A program made the position numbers and the translations under genes. Shown one piece after another: positions 21,983 through 34,148 of a DNA stretch of 40,277 nt. Each line of letters begins with the position of its first letter. Position 1 is the stretch's first letter. Below the pieces are notes generated by a model, which was not told the DNA's origin, ran no database searches, and saw only the letters and a program-made list of their open reading frames with translations. The stretch covers positions 1 through 40,277 of the forward strand of contig JYFJ02003553.1 of the NCBI GenBank assembly GCA_000934665.2. The letters run 5' to 3'. This DNA is from Catajapyx aquilonaris. Its lineage: Eukaryota.

Positions 21983-24900
21983 CTGCCAATAAAAAAAGAA
22001 GAAAAGTCTGAGTCTCTTCCACTTTGATTGAATGTTTCCTTCCCCTAGCTGACATCAACCTGGAAGCGGGAAGGTCCGCAAACCTTAAATCAATTTACGT
22101 TTCAAGAAAAGTTCCGCACAAAGAAGTCTTCCGGAGTGGATGGAGTTGAAAAAGACTACAGATGGTAGGATAGGGAGGCTGAGGAAAAAAAGAGTCTTTC
22201 AGGGTCAGCTCCTTGGGGGCCAACTTTATTACCACCCTTTTTTCCCCCAGACATAGAGGGCATAACACTAAAAGCTCTCCAGGATCCCCTGCAAGTTGCG
22301 TGGTATCTCTCGGGAGCCCTTTTCCACACCTGTCAGCAGGGATGGAAAGTAATTAGGTAATTGGATTTTAGGAGCTACCCTGGCAACTCTAGGGATAGGA
22401 GTTTCGCAGGTGTCGGCCTGCCACGACTGTTCTGAGCAGAATTGAATTCATGACACCGCATGTCGAATCCTGTGACCTTTCCAGCACCTCGAATCAGGGC
22501 CTGGGTTCAATCCCCTTCCAGCCTCACTTTTCCACACGTGTGACAAAAGGCATATGTATGACAGGTTATAATAATTTTCATTTTTTTAGAGTGACGATTC
22601 AATGTAATCTACCTGTCACTACCAGAATGTGGCAGAACACCTCGGGGATTGATCTCTCACTTCCCTTTATATAAAAAAATGATGTTACTGCCACGTGCCT
22701 GCCACTTTACATAATGCAGTGCGGTTCAGATGCGTTGCTATAACATGCAGCGTACAGTCCCAAGCCTGCACCTGAAAGTGTCCCAGACAATACGGGTCGC
22801 CTCAAGCATTTCAGAAAGGTTGCGTAACCATATGGTAAATTATTCATGGTACAATAACTGCACGTGGCATGAAAATACCGTACGAGGGCTAGACACCTTC
22901 ATATAATTAAATGGCGATGTCAAATGATTTTTTAAAAGTTTGCTTAAAGGTAATAATAAGAAGGACAGAATAAGTATGAACACAATTTAAAAATGGAGGC
23001 TTCAATGTCCGTATGCAATTTAATGGGTAATGTCGTTCCATAATGCGCACATTGCATTGTACCCGTCCTTGAAAATCCACATAAAAGAGGTTATTTCAAA
23101 ACTGATAGACCATGAGTCAAGGTTACAGTTTCAAGAGCAAGATGGAAAGCGTACGGCGCGGCGCGGCGAGGCGTCACCGCGATGTGGGTTGACAGAGAGG
23201 CTGTAGGTAATACAGCACTTTGGATGATAAAACCTTATATGGTGGAAAATGGGGTACGCCTGCGACAAGGCCATCTTCTCATGTCGAGATCAGATAGAAT
23301 CGCATAAGTCACGCAATCGAATATTCTTCCCCAAGAAAACTGAGCTTTACGCCCATGTAAAAAATATGACGGCAGGTTTTTCCATGCTTACATAATCACC
23401 TACGATACATGCATAAAGCTCTCTCCAGCATCCCTCCGCACAAGATTCATTTATTAGTAGGGCACGTCAAGACGAGGGAAATGCTAAAATCCGTGTCTTT
23501 TACGACCCATAACTCTGATGCGATGCAGGCCTTACCCAGCTGTTGATAACACGTATTGGAAACGGTCCAATCTCAGGAATAATGGAAAAGTTCACAAAGT
23601 ACAAGGCGCAGTCGTCTATTACAAGTAGAAGGCAATCGTAGCAAGCGTTATAGACTCGCCTCTAACGATCCTTGAAGTGAGAGAAGAGGAGGAGCCGACC
23701 CAAGAAGGAAATTGTCCATAGAAGTCATCGATTTCGGGGAAGGAGAATTTTCCTTGTGAGGAAGAAACCTATTGAAACCCACAAGAAGTAAGAAGGTTTA
23801 CATGAGGGAGAAGCAGGGCAGCTTAACTTTCCACCAGAGTGTCTTTGTTTTGCCCGAATTTTACAGTTGAAAGGCTAGTTTGTCTGACCTTTGTTGGAGA
23901 CCACTTCAGAAGACGTGACTTGCCTTCAAACTTAGCAGAAGTGGTATTGTAAGTCTTAAGAGCCAGAAGCAATCGACAAGTCACAATGACGTCACAACTA
24001 AAGCCTGAGGTGTCTTGTACTGTATTGCACTCATTGTCAATAACCTATAACGTCATTCAGAGGTGCTGTACAGTGTTGGACAATAATTCCGTCATACTAC
24101 TAGCGACATTTTCCGATGCGGCAGACGTGCAAATCGAAGTGATGGAGTGCGAGCCGTGCGAGTAAGAAATGGTAGCCCTTGGGTGACGTCATTGGTTAGG
24201 GACAAGCCTTTAGCCGGTGACGTCATTCAAGGCCTACCTCTTCTTACTCGCACGGCTCCACTTCGATTTGCACTTCTGCCGCATCAGAAATGTCGCAAGC
24301 AGTATAACGCGATTTATGTCCAACACTGTACGTGAATTCGAATCCCTATACACTAGTTTAATCGCCATTTCTCCTCCGTAACGACTCCTAAAGTCCCAAG
24401 TCCCTTTGCAGTGACGGGCACATGGCTAATGACTCCGAGACTTATTGTTTCTCCGCAAATAAAGGCCTTTCGTCGGTTGTTTCGTCATCAGCACGTCGGA
24501 GTCCCCGCCAAGATAAGTCGCTTGGATCCCATTGAGATTCTTGGTCGAAGCGAGGCGGCCTGGATGGGGAGGGGAGGGGAGGGGGTGGATTCATCATCCG
24601 CATTTGTCAAGGTGTCAGGGGCAGGTGGAGGCAGATGAGGCTGGGGGGAATTCTCGGCGGCTCCACTTAACTTCTCAATTAAGTCTTTCCTGGAGCGACG
24701 GAAACACGGCCCAATGAAATAGGGCTCCCCGTTTTCTTAAAGTGCCTTATCAGGAAACCAAAGCGTGCGCTCTTGTTCTGCCACACCGGGGGCTTGCTTT
24801 GCAGATTGAAGAGGTCAGAATACACAAACAAACGTTTAGACAACTGTTCAGATTTTTAAATAATGGATATCAACATATTCAAGACGTATGTGAGATTCTT

Positions 24901-27900
24901 AACGTGGTGATTGAATAAAACAGCAGTGGTATATAGCAAAAGTGTAAATACCAATAACCTCTCTTAATAATAGGATGAGCGTGGGAGGTCAACGGTGGGG
25001 GTCATTGATTTGTTTCCACAATAAACACTAAGCTTTGTAAATGAAAATGGGAAAATTAAGCTAACAGGAACAAAGCCAGCTATTATCAGTTTTATCATAA
25101 TGTAAATATGTGGCGTTTGTATTGGTGAGTGCCAATGTTTGAACTGGATATTTTTCAAGTTAATGGAATACGCCGCAATGGAATTCATGCAGCCGGATTT
25201 TACTGTACTTATCATGATAAAGTGATAAAAATGTAGTAGAAGGTTAACTTTAGTCTTTAGTAGTGCTAATGTTCAGAGCGTTTAACTCAATATTTAAAAA
25301 TTAAATGTTTATTTTTATGCATTGTAGTACTTAAAGTCAGTACCGTTCTGCAATTATTTTGTTTATGATCTAGTTCCGTTATCCGTAAGTGTAAAGCTAG
25401 AATTTCCTCAAGGTAGCCTATCATTGTTGCTGAATTGATGGTGAATTTGATGGATTTCAAAGGTAGTAACTTAACAGTAATTCTGACTGGTACACATTGT
25501 CTGCAATTTTCCCACAGCGAGAGACACTTCTTACGTAATACCCACTCACTGTTATTTCCCTTTCCCTCTTCCGCACACTAATTCCAGGAGCGCCTCCTAA
25601 AGCTTTAAAATTCACACTAACTTTAGTAACTTCTGTGCCAATTTCTGCATTTGACACAATAATTTCCCAGTGAAGAGAATAGTAATAATATGAATTCTGA
25701 CAATATTTGATAACACGTACTTCACACGGTGGATTTCGCCTAGGCTTTGTCGATATACTGTTCAAAATAGCTGCGTGGTTACGTAATATGCACTGTCCCT
25801 CTTAGCATCTTGTTACGCTTTTGAGGTGGTTGGATTTCACGCGCAACTTGGTGTCTCACAGGAATAGTTATGTCTGCCTCGTCGATGCCAGCAAGGGCCC
25901 ATTGTGGCACCGCGGTGTTAGATTGACACACAAGCCGCTCTCTAGTTGGGAACATGATCCTTCCTCGAATGCGGCTTGACCCTGAAAAGGCCAAGGACAG
26001 CAGGCTTGGGTCACTGCAGGACACTGCTCCTGCCTCACTGTGACCTAGCAGAATATTACATGACCCAGTGACGTCATGCAGTGCGGCTTAGCCTCCCTCT
26101 TATCCCACTCGTGATGGAGTTACGTGATGGAACATGAAACTGCCAGAGAACAGGTTTTAAAGCCTGTAACAGTTGGAGGTCACCTAGGACTTAACCACAA
26201 AGCAAATGGACTGTCTTTCCAACAAAGGCAGGCAGATTAAATGAGGACAAAAATATTATTTCTCTAAAGACATACCGGTATAAGTGGTGTCACGCATAAG
26301 TGTTTACTAAATTATGTACAGTTATGAGTGACCTTGAACTTGACTATCAAAGATGCTTCTACGGTACATTAGACTGGAAGCCATCATTTTCGACGACCGT
26401 TTACAGCTAGGTTTGTCTGCCTTATACAGAAACTCTGTTTACAGCCGATTACCAATTGAAAGAAATAAACACTGTTCTTAAAGAAGTCTGATAACAAATG
26501 GTACTGTACGCCCGATGTTCTGAGAATTCGGCTTACTGCTAACAGGTGTCGAACAAAACGTTAGCTCTCTATAGTCGGGTCGGCCGTCCTCGTCATTGAC
26601 ATTATGGGGCTTAAGTAGGTCCGAGCAGAGGTAAATCCTAAAACACCGCATCGTCCATCTAACTACATAACGGGATTAATCTTGATGGCACCGGGATAGC
26701 CCTAATTACACGCGGCGTTTGACACTAACGTAGTTGGTCGGAGGACAAGTGGTGACGTCCGGACTACCCGAATTTTAGGCAACGAAATAGCAGCTGATCA
26801 ATCCATGATGCAGAAACTTTGTGACGTAGCTCCTGTTTTCCTGTAACCCACAAATCCATTCCATTAAGGCAATGACGAAGCAGACAAAAGCACGCACTGG
26901 CCCAACAATGTGACTATCGTTCGTTTCGGCCATTACCCCTTTCCACTCTGTTGGTTCACAATAGGCGCTCTAAACAGGACCGTATAGAGCCGAAGTGTGT
27001 ACTGTAATCGCATCGTTGTGCACATACACGATGTATCGCATTTCCATAAAATATGTGGTTCGCAATTCGTTTAGTCAAGGTTGGGCTATTTTGCACATTG
27101 TTTGATTTCCTGATTATCGCTTCATTATCGCTAATTGTACGCTTCGCAGCCATAGCGTCGAAAGGTTAAAGGCGATGGAAATAATAACACATAATTGGAT
27201 GTAGCTTAGAAGGAAAACCAGTGCTTTTCATCCCGGGAGAGGGTGAAAAGACCTTGGCATTTTCCTCAGAGTATCCATAGCAGTGAAGCCATATTTCACA
27301 GAATCCCCGCTTCTGACCACAATAATTTTATTTTCGAAGTATCCAAGGGTGTATTCCAAGAAATGCAAACAACGATATGTCAGTAAATTATATATCCCGA
27401 GAAAACTGTCAGAAACTCCGGATGAAAAAAAAAAAACAGGAGAAATTCGTAATTATGCACAGAACTTTTGCTTATTTTGGTCGTTATATTATGGCTTTCT
27501 CAGAACAATGGACCCTTAAAATGCGAATTATTTTCAGCTACAGTTTTCGTAGAATTTCGAAACCGGAAAACATGCGAATGACATCGTGTCATGCTGATAA
27601 TGAGCCGCTGGACATTTTCCTACCAATATATAATTCTTTCTTATTAAAATCCGGTACAGATTTATGTGGCAGAATGTGTGTCAACTTATTCCGTTCGTTA
27701 CAGCTCATGGATACAGTAACCCTTGACGTCAGGCGAGCGACTAGATGCGAGAAACACGGGCTACCAGCCTCTGACGCTAATGCATGCCATGCATCAAGCA
27801 GTCTCTCACATCTCAGGGCTATTCCTGGTAAGACGTAAGTAGCAGATAATAAACTTCACCCGAATTTCAGACGTTCTATGGTAAACTATGTCTCGGTATA

Positions 27901-30852
27901 TTATACATTAGGGTGCCATTTCTCAAACTTGATTAGTACCCCCCCCCCGCGAGAGACTTGTTTGGAGAAGTTATGCAAAATAATTTTAATTGCTCTCCCA
28001 ATTCTATGAATGAACTTCACATTCATGAGAGTACTATCTTCAGTAAATTTTGTGAGGGTCAGTTTAACTACTGTCGTATTGGCATAATAGTCAGGATATA
28101 ATAAATTCTGTTCACATCGAAAATATAATAAATTGTCCATGCACGTCATGCGTGTCCTTGCTCACTGGCATTTAAAACGGAATGGATTTCTCAGGTAGTG
28201 GTAATACATCTCGTCCATGACAAGCATTCTTTCAATTTGCTTTCATTTAAAGGACATCTGGCCTGATTTTCTCCATCTCGAGCCGATTGGTCATGCGGAT
28301 CACGTAAGGGATGAATAAGTTTCGGCCTCGTTCTAAACCAGGACTAAGTCACTGGGGGGCAGGCCAAGGGCGGTGCTTGACACCGCCCTTGTTCTATGAG
28401 CTCAGTCCAAAGTCAAGAGGAAAAGATGCGATTCAAAGAAAGACCAAATAGATTTAGACCAGTAGTCCCACCACACATCTTGGAGCAAGACGAGGATCAA
28501 AGTGGAAAAGAAATATTGCATTTCCGGATTAGGCAATAGTGGAAGCACGTCTCACTATACAGTGCAAAGACCTGAAAGTCAACCCAAGGAGGCATGTCAG
28601 GGCGTACATCTTCAGGGAAGATGGATAGCTTGTGTATCTAGAGCTTTGCTTGCTCATTTCTTTTATAGGTTAAGGTTCACATTCACTGCCACTGTTTGGA
28701 GGAGGATGTGAACCTGCGTGGGATTCAACTAATCAAAACTGATATTTTTTATACGACTCTGTGGCACAGATAAAGTAAGTCAAGATGTCAAAGGCGTGCT
28801 TTGAAGGTGGTTCTTCAGCTGGAACATATTTGATCAAGTAAGAGTAACTTACGAGTGTAAAGAGTACGATGGAGTCTCCTCTTACCGCCACCTACACACT
28901 TACAAAACTCTTAAAGAGGTCTGGTGTACAGTACATTCCTAAAGTATTGCATATTGGATAACGCAAGTATCCAGCCTGGGTACATCAGTATCTTTGCCTC
29001 GCATAACTTACAGTAACTTATGTAAGAAGAAACAATAACAAAACCTTTTACTGATGGCTATGCTATTTATGGGACAGTGACGCAAGCTTTTCTTACAATT
29101 TCATTTGAGAAATTTGTCATATGTTTTCAGAATTTCAATTAGATTGTACACACGACATGAATAAGAAACAGTATACAGGGGGATGCACTGTCCTAGCCCA
29201 CTATCTAACGATTAAGTCAGGGAGAATTATTGATTCTTTACTCCAGCAACAATACCAAGACAGTGAATGGAGTCAGGATTGTTGCTTCTGAACTACAGTT
29301 CCTGCTGTAAGAAGCTCATAATGGATTATCCCTCACTTATTTCCCCATCACTTTCTTCTCCTCCACCCATAGCTATAAGACCAGAAGGCATACATTTGTT
29401 GCAGTCGGCCAAAACCCAATAACCCAAAAACGCCAAAAGTAGGAAACCTATAGTGGCGAGATAGTATTTCTCCTATATTTTTCTCTTCCTCTGCACAAGG
29501 AAGTGGTTGCCAAGTCGCAGTAAAATATATAGGGAGTTCTTTTGTGTGTCATCTGCATTGGTATCACGCCTTCTTTCAGGTCCACCGGAGAGTTTTTGCC
29601 GACAGACTTGAAAGCAAACACTCGTAGATTTTGATCTAAGCTAGGACTTATTGATGTGCGCCAACCAATAAAATCGGCGTGTCTGCCTTTTGTCGAATCT
29701 TCACTTTGTCGCACTCTTGGACTTGAATACCGTACTATGGTATTATTATTTTGTCAAAAATTGGAACCTTTCTGCAATCCGTCTGCCATGTGGGACTACT
29801 TGACATATCGTAGTTGCTAGGCTCAAAACCTGCAAAGTGCCGTCTTTGTGCACCACTGCGTCATGACAGAAACTTCCTAGACTATCGGAAAACTAAATTA
29901 AACGCTTCTGCCTGAGGATGCCGTCTAATGATTTCCTCAAAGCCCCACAAAGTATCTTCACCGCTCGAATTCGCCACTAATTTCAATCATTCTGACTGAT
30001 ACATTTTCCAATTAATCAATCTGCAGACGTCAAAAATTCAATCCTCTTTTCCACACAACATCCAAGGTATATTTGAGCCCCTTTCTGACAACCGACTTTC
30101 CGTCCTTGTGACCTAAATCCCCGAAAATCCCATCCACCCTCCCTCTGAGCAGATCACCTCTGAACTTTATCCCTGAAGCCTCCAGATATTTCCCTTGGCT
30201 CGGGCGTTAACCCCATGCGAGAAACTGCTCAGATTTCCACAGACGCGGTCCCATCATCTCCACCCTCGGCCATCTCCTGAGTTACAAAAGAATCGCAAAA
30301 GCCGGGCAAATAGGTTTCCGACAGTCATTATATTCCGTAGCCCCCTTTACTATACGATATCGTACGTCCCTGGAGTCTCCAGAAGTCCCAAAAATAGATC
30401 CAGACTTTATTTGTCTGGGCGTCAGTCAGAGGCCAAAGAGTTGGAGATCCGATAGACCACTTCTATAAAATCCGGCTGGGTGTATAGTGACAAACTTTTC
30501 TTTTATTACATCAACACCGCGCACGTGTAATGACCTGGCGTCCTCTAGCAATGGGAGCTTTCTCAGAACGATTTGATCTAGGAGCCTGTTAACAATGCAA
30601 TTTCCGAGAGAGTATAGTTGGGAACGATCAAGTAACCTCCGGCTCATCATTCTTCAAAGGAGTGAGCTGGAGGAACTTCCGAACCGACTCTATAAAATGC
30701 AAGGAGTCTTGCTCCAATGAGCTTATCAAGCCCTCAGGAAGAACCTAACTTTCAGAGGGCGACACTTGAGCTAGTTGCATAATAAGTCAATCAGCCAATA
30801 TGGCACATGCTGATTGTTTCATCATAAAGACATATGGAGCTGTGTACTTTAA

Positions 30853-31265
30853 AGGGACACTCCACTCAAAAACCAAGTTGGCTCTAAAAATCGGGCAAAA
30901 AATCCTGAATTCGAAGGTGCAATCAGTTTTTCGCTACGCGGAATGGTAATCCCAGGGCGAGGGGTCAGAGTGGGGAAATTCAAATAGTGCGCTAGAAGCT
31001 GGCCGTCCGCCAGCGACGCCCTCGGGACCTTGGGAACTGGAGGGCTGCTCCCACCTGCCCGTGCGCTTAGGCCCAATCCAGAGCGGTGCAGCCCTCCAGT
31101 TCCCCTGTTCCCCGCGTGGCGGCGCCGCTCATTAGCAGACGACACACTTTGACTCCTCGCCCTGGGATTACCGTTCCGCGTAGCGAAAAACGAATTGCAC
31201 CGTCGTATTCATGATTTTTTGCTCGATTTTTAGAGCCAAACTTGTTTTTTGAGTGGAGTGTCCCT
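30853..31265. mobile_element. Non-autonomous DNA transposon (Kolobok/T2-like MITE), 413 bp, with ~120-bp TIRs and TTAA target duplication
   Basis: TTAA(30849-52)-AGGGACACTCCACTCAAAAA ... TTTTTGAGTGGAGTGTCCCT-TTAA(31266-69). Imperfect arms are 30853-30972 and 31145-31265. TTAA with purine-starting AGG termini fits Kolobok better than piggyBac. Confidence 0.85.
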
Positions 31266-33382
31266 TTAACATTTTGTGCATTATTACATCATCTTCCCAC
31301 ACATTTCATAATGGGCGTGGGAGAACTGACCCAGCTGGAGCTTAATTGTCATTGACATTCTCTAGTACTATAAGTTAATCTTAGAATCCTTCTATAGAAT
31401 GGGGGTCGGTACGTAAAAGCATCCACGCACGTAATAATTGGGTGAAAGGGCAGAGAGCAATTCAATGGTCCAAGTGGTCATAACAGGACACCATTAACCT
31501 GGAATAACCCCTTCTAGGAAGTGGTTTTGGCGAGAAAGCCCGAAGAGCAGATGACAACGAAATGCTGTTAATGAGAGGGGGAGAATAGCCGAGATTACGT
31601 CAAGGGTCTTCTAATGAGGCTTTTCTAGTTGGTCGCTTTCAGCTTCGGGAAATGATGCTCCATAATAATGGTATAGCCATTGAGAGAAGGTGGGGTCGAT
31701 GTCTTCTCAGAAATTCGTTGAAGATGGTTGCTTCAACAAAAAAAAATGGCCAATTTCAGGAAATCGCCTTGTTATTGGTTCGCTTGACGTTTGATGTCGA
31801 AAATATAGGGAATTCCTGTCATTTTTAGTTCTGGCAATCTCGACTTTGTTGCCAGGATTTCGAAAACGAAACCCACACAGTTGCGTCACACAGGAACCTG
31901 ATCTGATGTAACAAGTTGACACCATTTTCACAGTACAATGCACTTGGTTAAGGAAACGACAAAAATGCACTTACTAGCAAAATAATGAGCATCAAACAAG
32001 ACCAAGGTTTTACTTTGGGACAGACCGACTATTTTGAGCCAATTATGAAGTCAGTGCCACCTAAATTTAAACCTGGCTCAAGAATCGCAGCGTCGTAAGA
32101 CGAATTATCTCATGCCGGCTGAGAATTTTCTCAGGCCAGATCGCCGCCCCCTCTCTGTATTTTTAGTATTTCCACGACACTGTCACATGGAGTTCTCAAT
32201 CAAGCGGGTTCCATCCAGAAATCATTTCTGTATGTCACTTATAATAAATCAGAAATTTTGTAATAAACTAGCTCAAATTGGCATTGTTATAGCTCATATA
32301 CATATTCATGTAACAGCCTAGAGTGGTACTGAAGCGAGTTTTAATAAAGTATTACACTATCGTGCTAAAAATAATACGTAAAATTTGCTAATCTAATTAA
32401 GGTGTCACTTGCTTGATGTGCTTAAAATATGAAAGACATTTGGTAAGCCGTCGCATTAACAAGTCCGAGTAAATGATTAATTACAGTGCCTTAAAATACA
32501 GATTATTCCTTTGTTGTTTGTAACCTAACAGGGTTTAGTCATCGTCAGCAGAGTTTCACTGCCAGTTTCCTCAGTTTCTCAACAAATCCCTTTTCCAACT
32601 TTCCTGTGATGATTTTCCTCTCGGGACATCCCAGTGACTTGTATTCGCAAGTCTCCCCGAAGGCCATAGACCGACTGCGAAAAAACCTTTGAACTTATTC
32701 TCTCCCCCGTTAGCCCTGTCACAATTTTCGCAGGGCCTGCTGGGAAGACGGCGAACACGTCTTTCCAGACCTTGACGCAACCCTCATAAATCCAAATAGT
32801 TAACTTCGGAAGTAGAACAAAAACACGATTATTCTATTGCTCAACCATCCCAGTCAAGACAACGATGTCGTACAGTACCGAAACTACAGAGTTCCAGAAA
32901 CGACGGTCATTCACGCCTATTCGGTTGCCATTAAACAATTTTCCGCAACACTAAATGTGCATTATGGCTACCAGTACTGCAATGTCACCATTATTTCTGC
33001 CTTTTGTGTATTATGCGGGAACAGTGTTTGAATAGGAAATGTGTACATTGATGTCAGCAACCGAGATTAAACCTGGAGTAAGAAAAACAAACAACGCTTG
33101 ACATAATAATAATAATGGTTTTGTAGCGGAGATGGCAATTTGCAATTAAGGGTATTAATTAATTGCATCAAATGCTAACAAGCGAACAATGCCCTTAATA
33201 GTGGGTATCAAGCAAGATTTAAATTATTGAAATGGAAACTACCACTTTTATGGCTTGCCGAAATTAATCAACTAACTTTTACAATGCTCTGATCCATAAG
33301 TACCGTAACTTTTCAATGGTAATACAAGAAAGGTTTCAAAACAATTACAGTAACCTAGACATGCTTGATTAGTTTTCCTTTT

Positions 33383-34148
33383 TAGTCCGGGCCCTAAGCG
33401 TCTTAACCTTGCACTTTGTGATAACAAGGTGCCACTTGACACATATGTTCCTTAGGCCTATAGGAGCAATTCCAGAGTTGCAGGTAACTGATCGGCCCCT
33501 TAGGTCACGAGTTATGCGGTGTTGCCAACATGGCCGGGGATGACCTGAGCGTTTTTAACGTTGCATTTTGTGATGAGAAGGTACCGCTTGGCACATATTA
33601 TGTTCCCTAGGTCTGTAGGAGTCGTTTGAGACATGGCGGCACTTGATCGGCTCCTTAGGTCAGGAGTTATGCGGTGTTGCCAACCTGGTCCTGGACCTAA
33701 GCGTTTTGAACCATTTTTAACTTTGCATTTTGGGATTTTAGCAAGCATGTTCCCCAGGCCTAGAGGTTCCATTTGAGAGTTGGCGGCACCTGATCTGCCC
33801 CTTAGGTCACGAGTTATGCGGTTATGCTTAGGTTCCGGACCAGGTTGGCAACACCGCATAACTCCTGACCTAAGGAGCGGATCAAGTGCCGCCATCTCTC
33901 AAATGGATCCTATACACCTAGGGAACATGTCTCCCAAGTGGCACCTTCTCATCACAAAATGCCGAGTTAAAGCGCGTAGTTCCCTGATCAGGTTGGCAAC
34001 ACCGCATAACTCGGGACCTAAGGGGCCGATCAGTTGCCTGCAACTCTGGAATTGCTCCTATAGGCCTAAGGAACATAAGTGCCAAGTGGCACCTTCTTAT
34101 CACAAAGTGCAAGGTTAGGCCTGATTTTTGCGCTTAGGGCCCGGACTA
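33383..34148. mobile_element. Foldback element built from ~150-bp tandem units (3 forward, 2 inverted)
   Basis: Termini TAGTCCGGGCCCTAAGCG / CGCTTAGGGCCCGGACTA. The marker GAGTTATGCGG occurs at 33509, 33664 and 33811, and its reverse complement at 33854 and 34002. Confidence 0.85.

Noticed and set aside
22440..22520. B-box-like GGTTCAATCCC (similar words near 6430, 8190, 16020 and 21360)
   Set aside because: No cloverleaf or convincing A box. At most these are decayed SINE heads.
23140..23950. Purine-rich stretch that looks like decayed coding sequence
   Set aside because: The + strand frames I translated are interrupted by stops and show no recognisable motif.
26932..27169. Possible piggyBac-like MITE (ttacccctttccactc ... 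gcgtcgaaaggttaa)
   Set aside because: The termini are too degenerate and the left TTAA is imperfect.
29380..29714. Minus-strand peptide VDLKEGVIP...KRTPY...TISPL, faintly like the start of a Ty3/gypsy reverse transcriptase
   Set aside because: No LTRs, no YxDD or other RT core motif, and too short to support without a BLASTX search.
33512..34118. ORFs on both strands with repeated peptides (PGWQHRITPDLRS)
   Set aside because: They are translations of the tandem and inverted units of the foldback element and show no domain.
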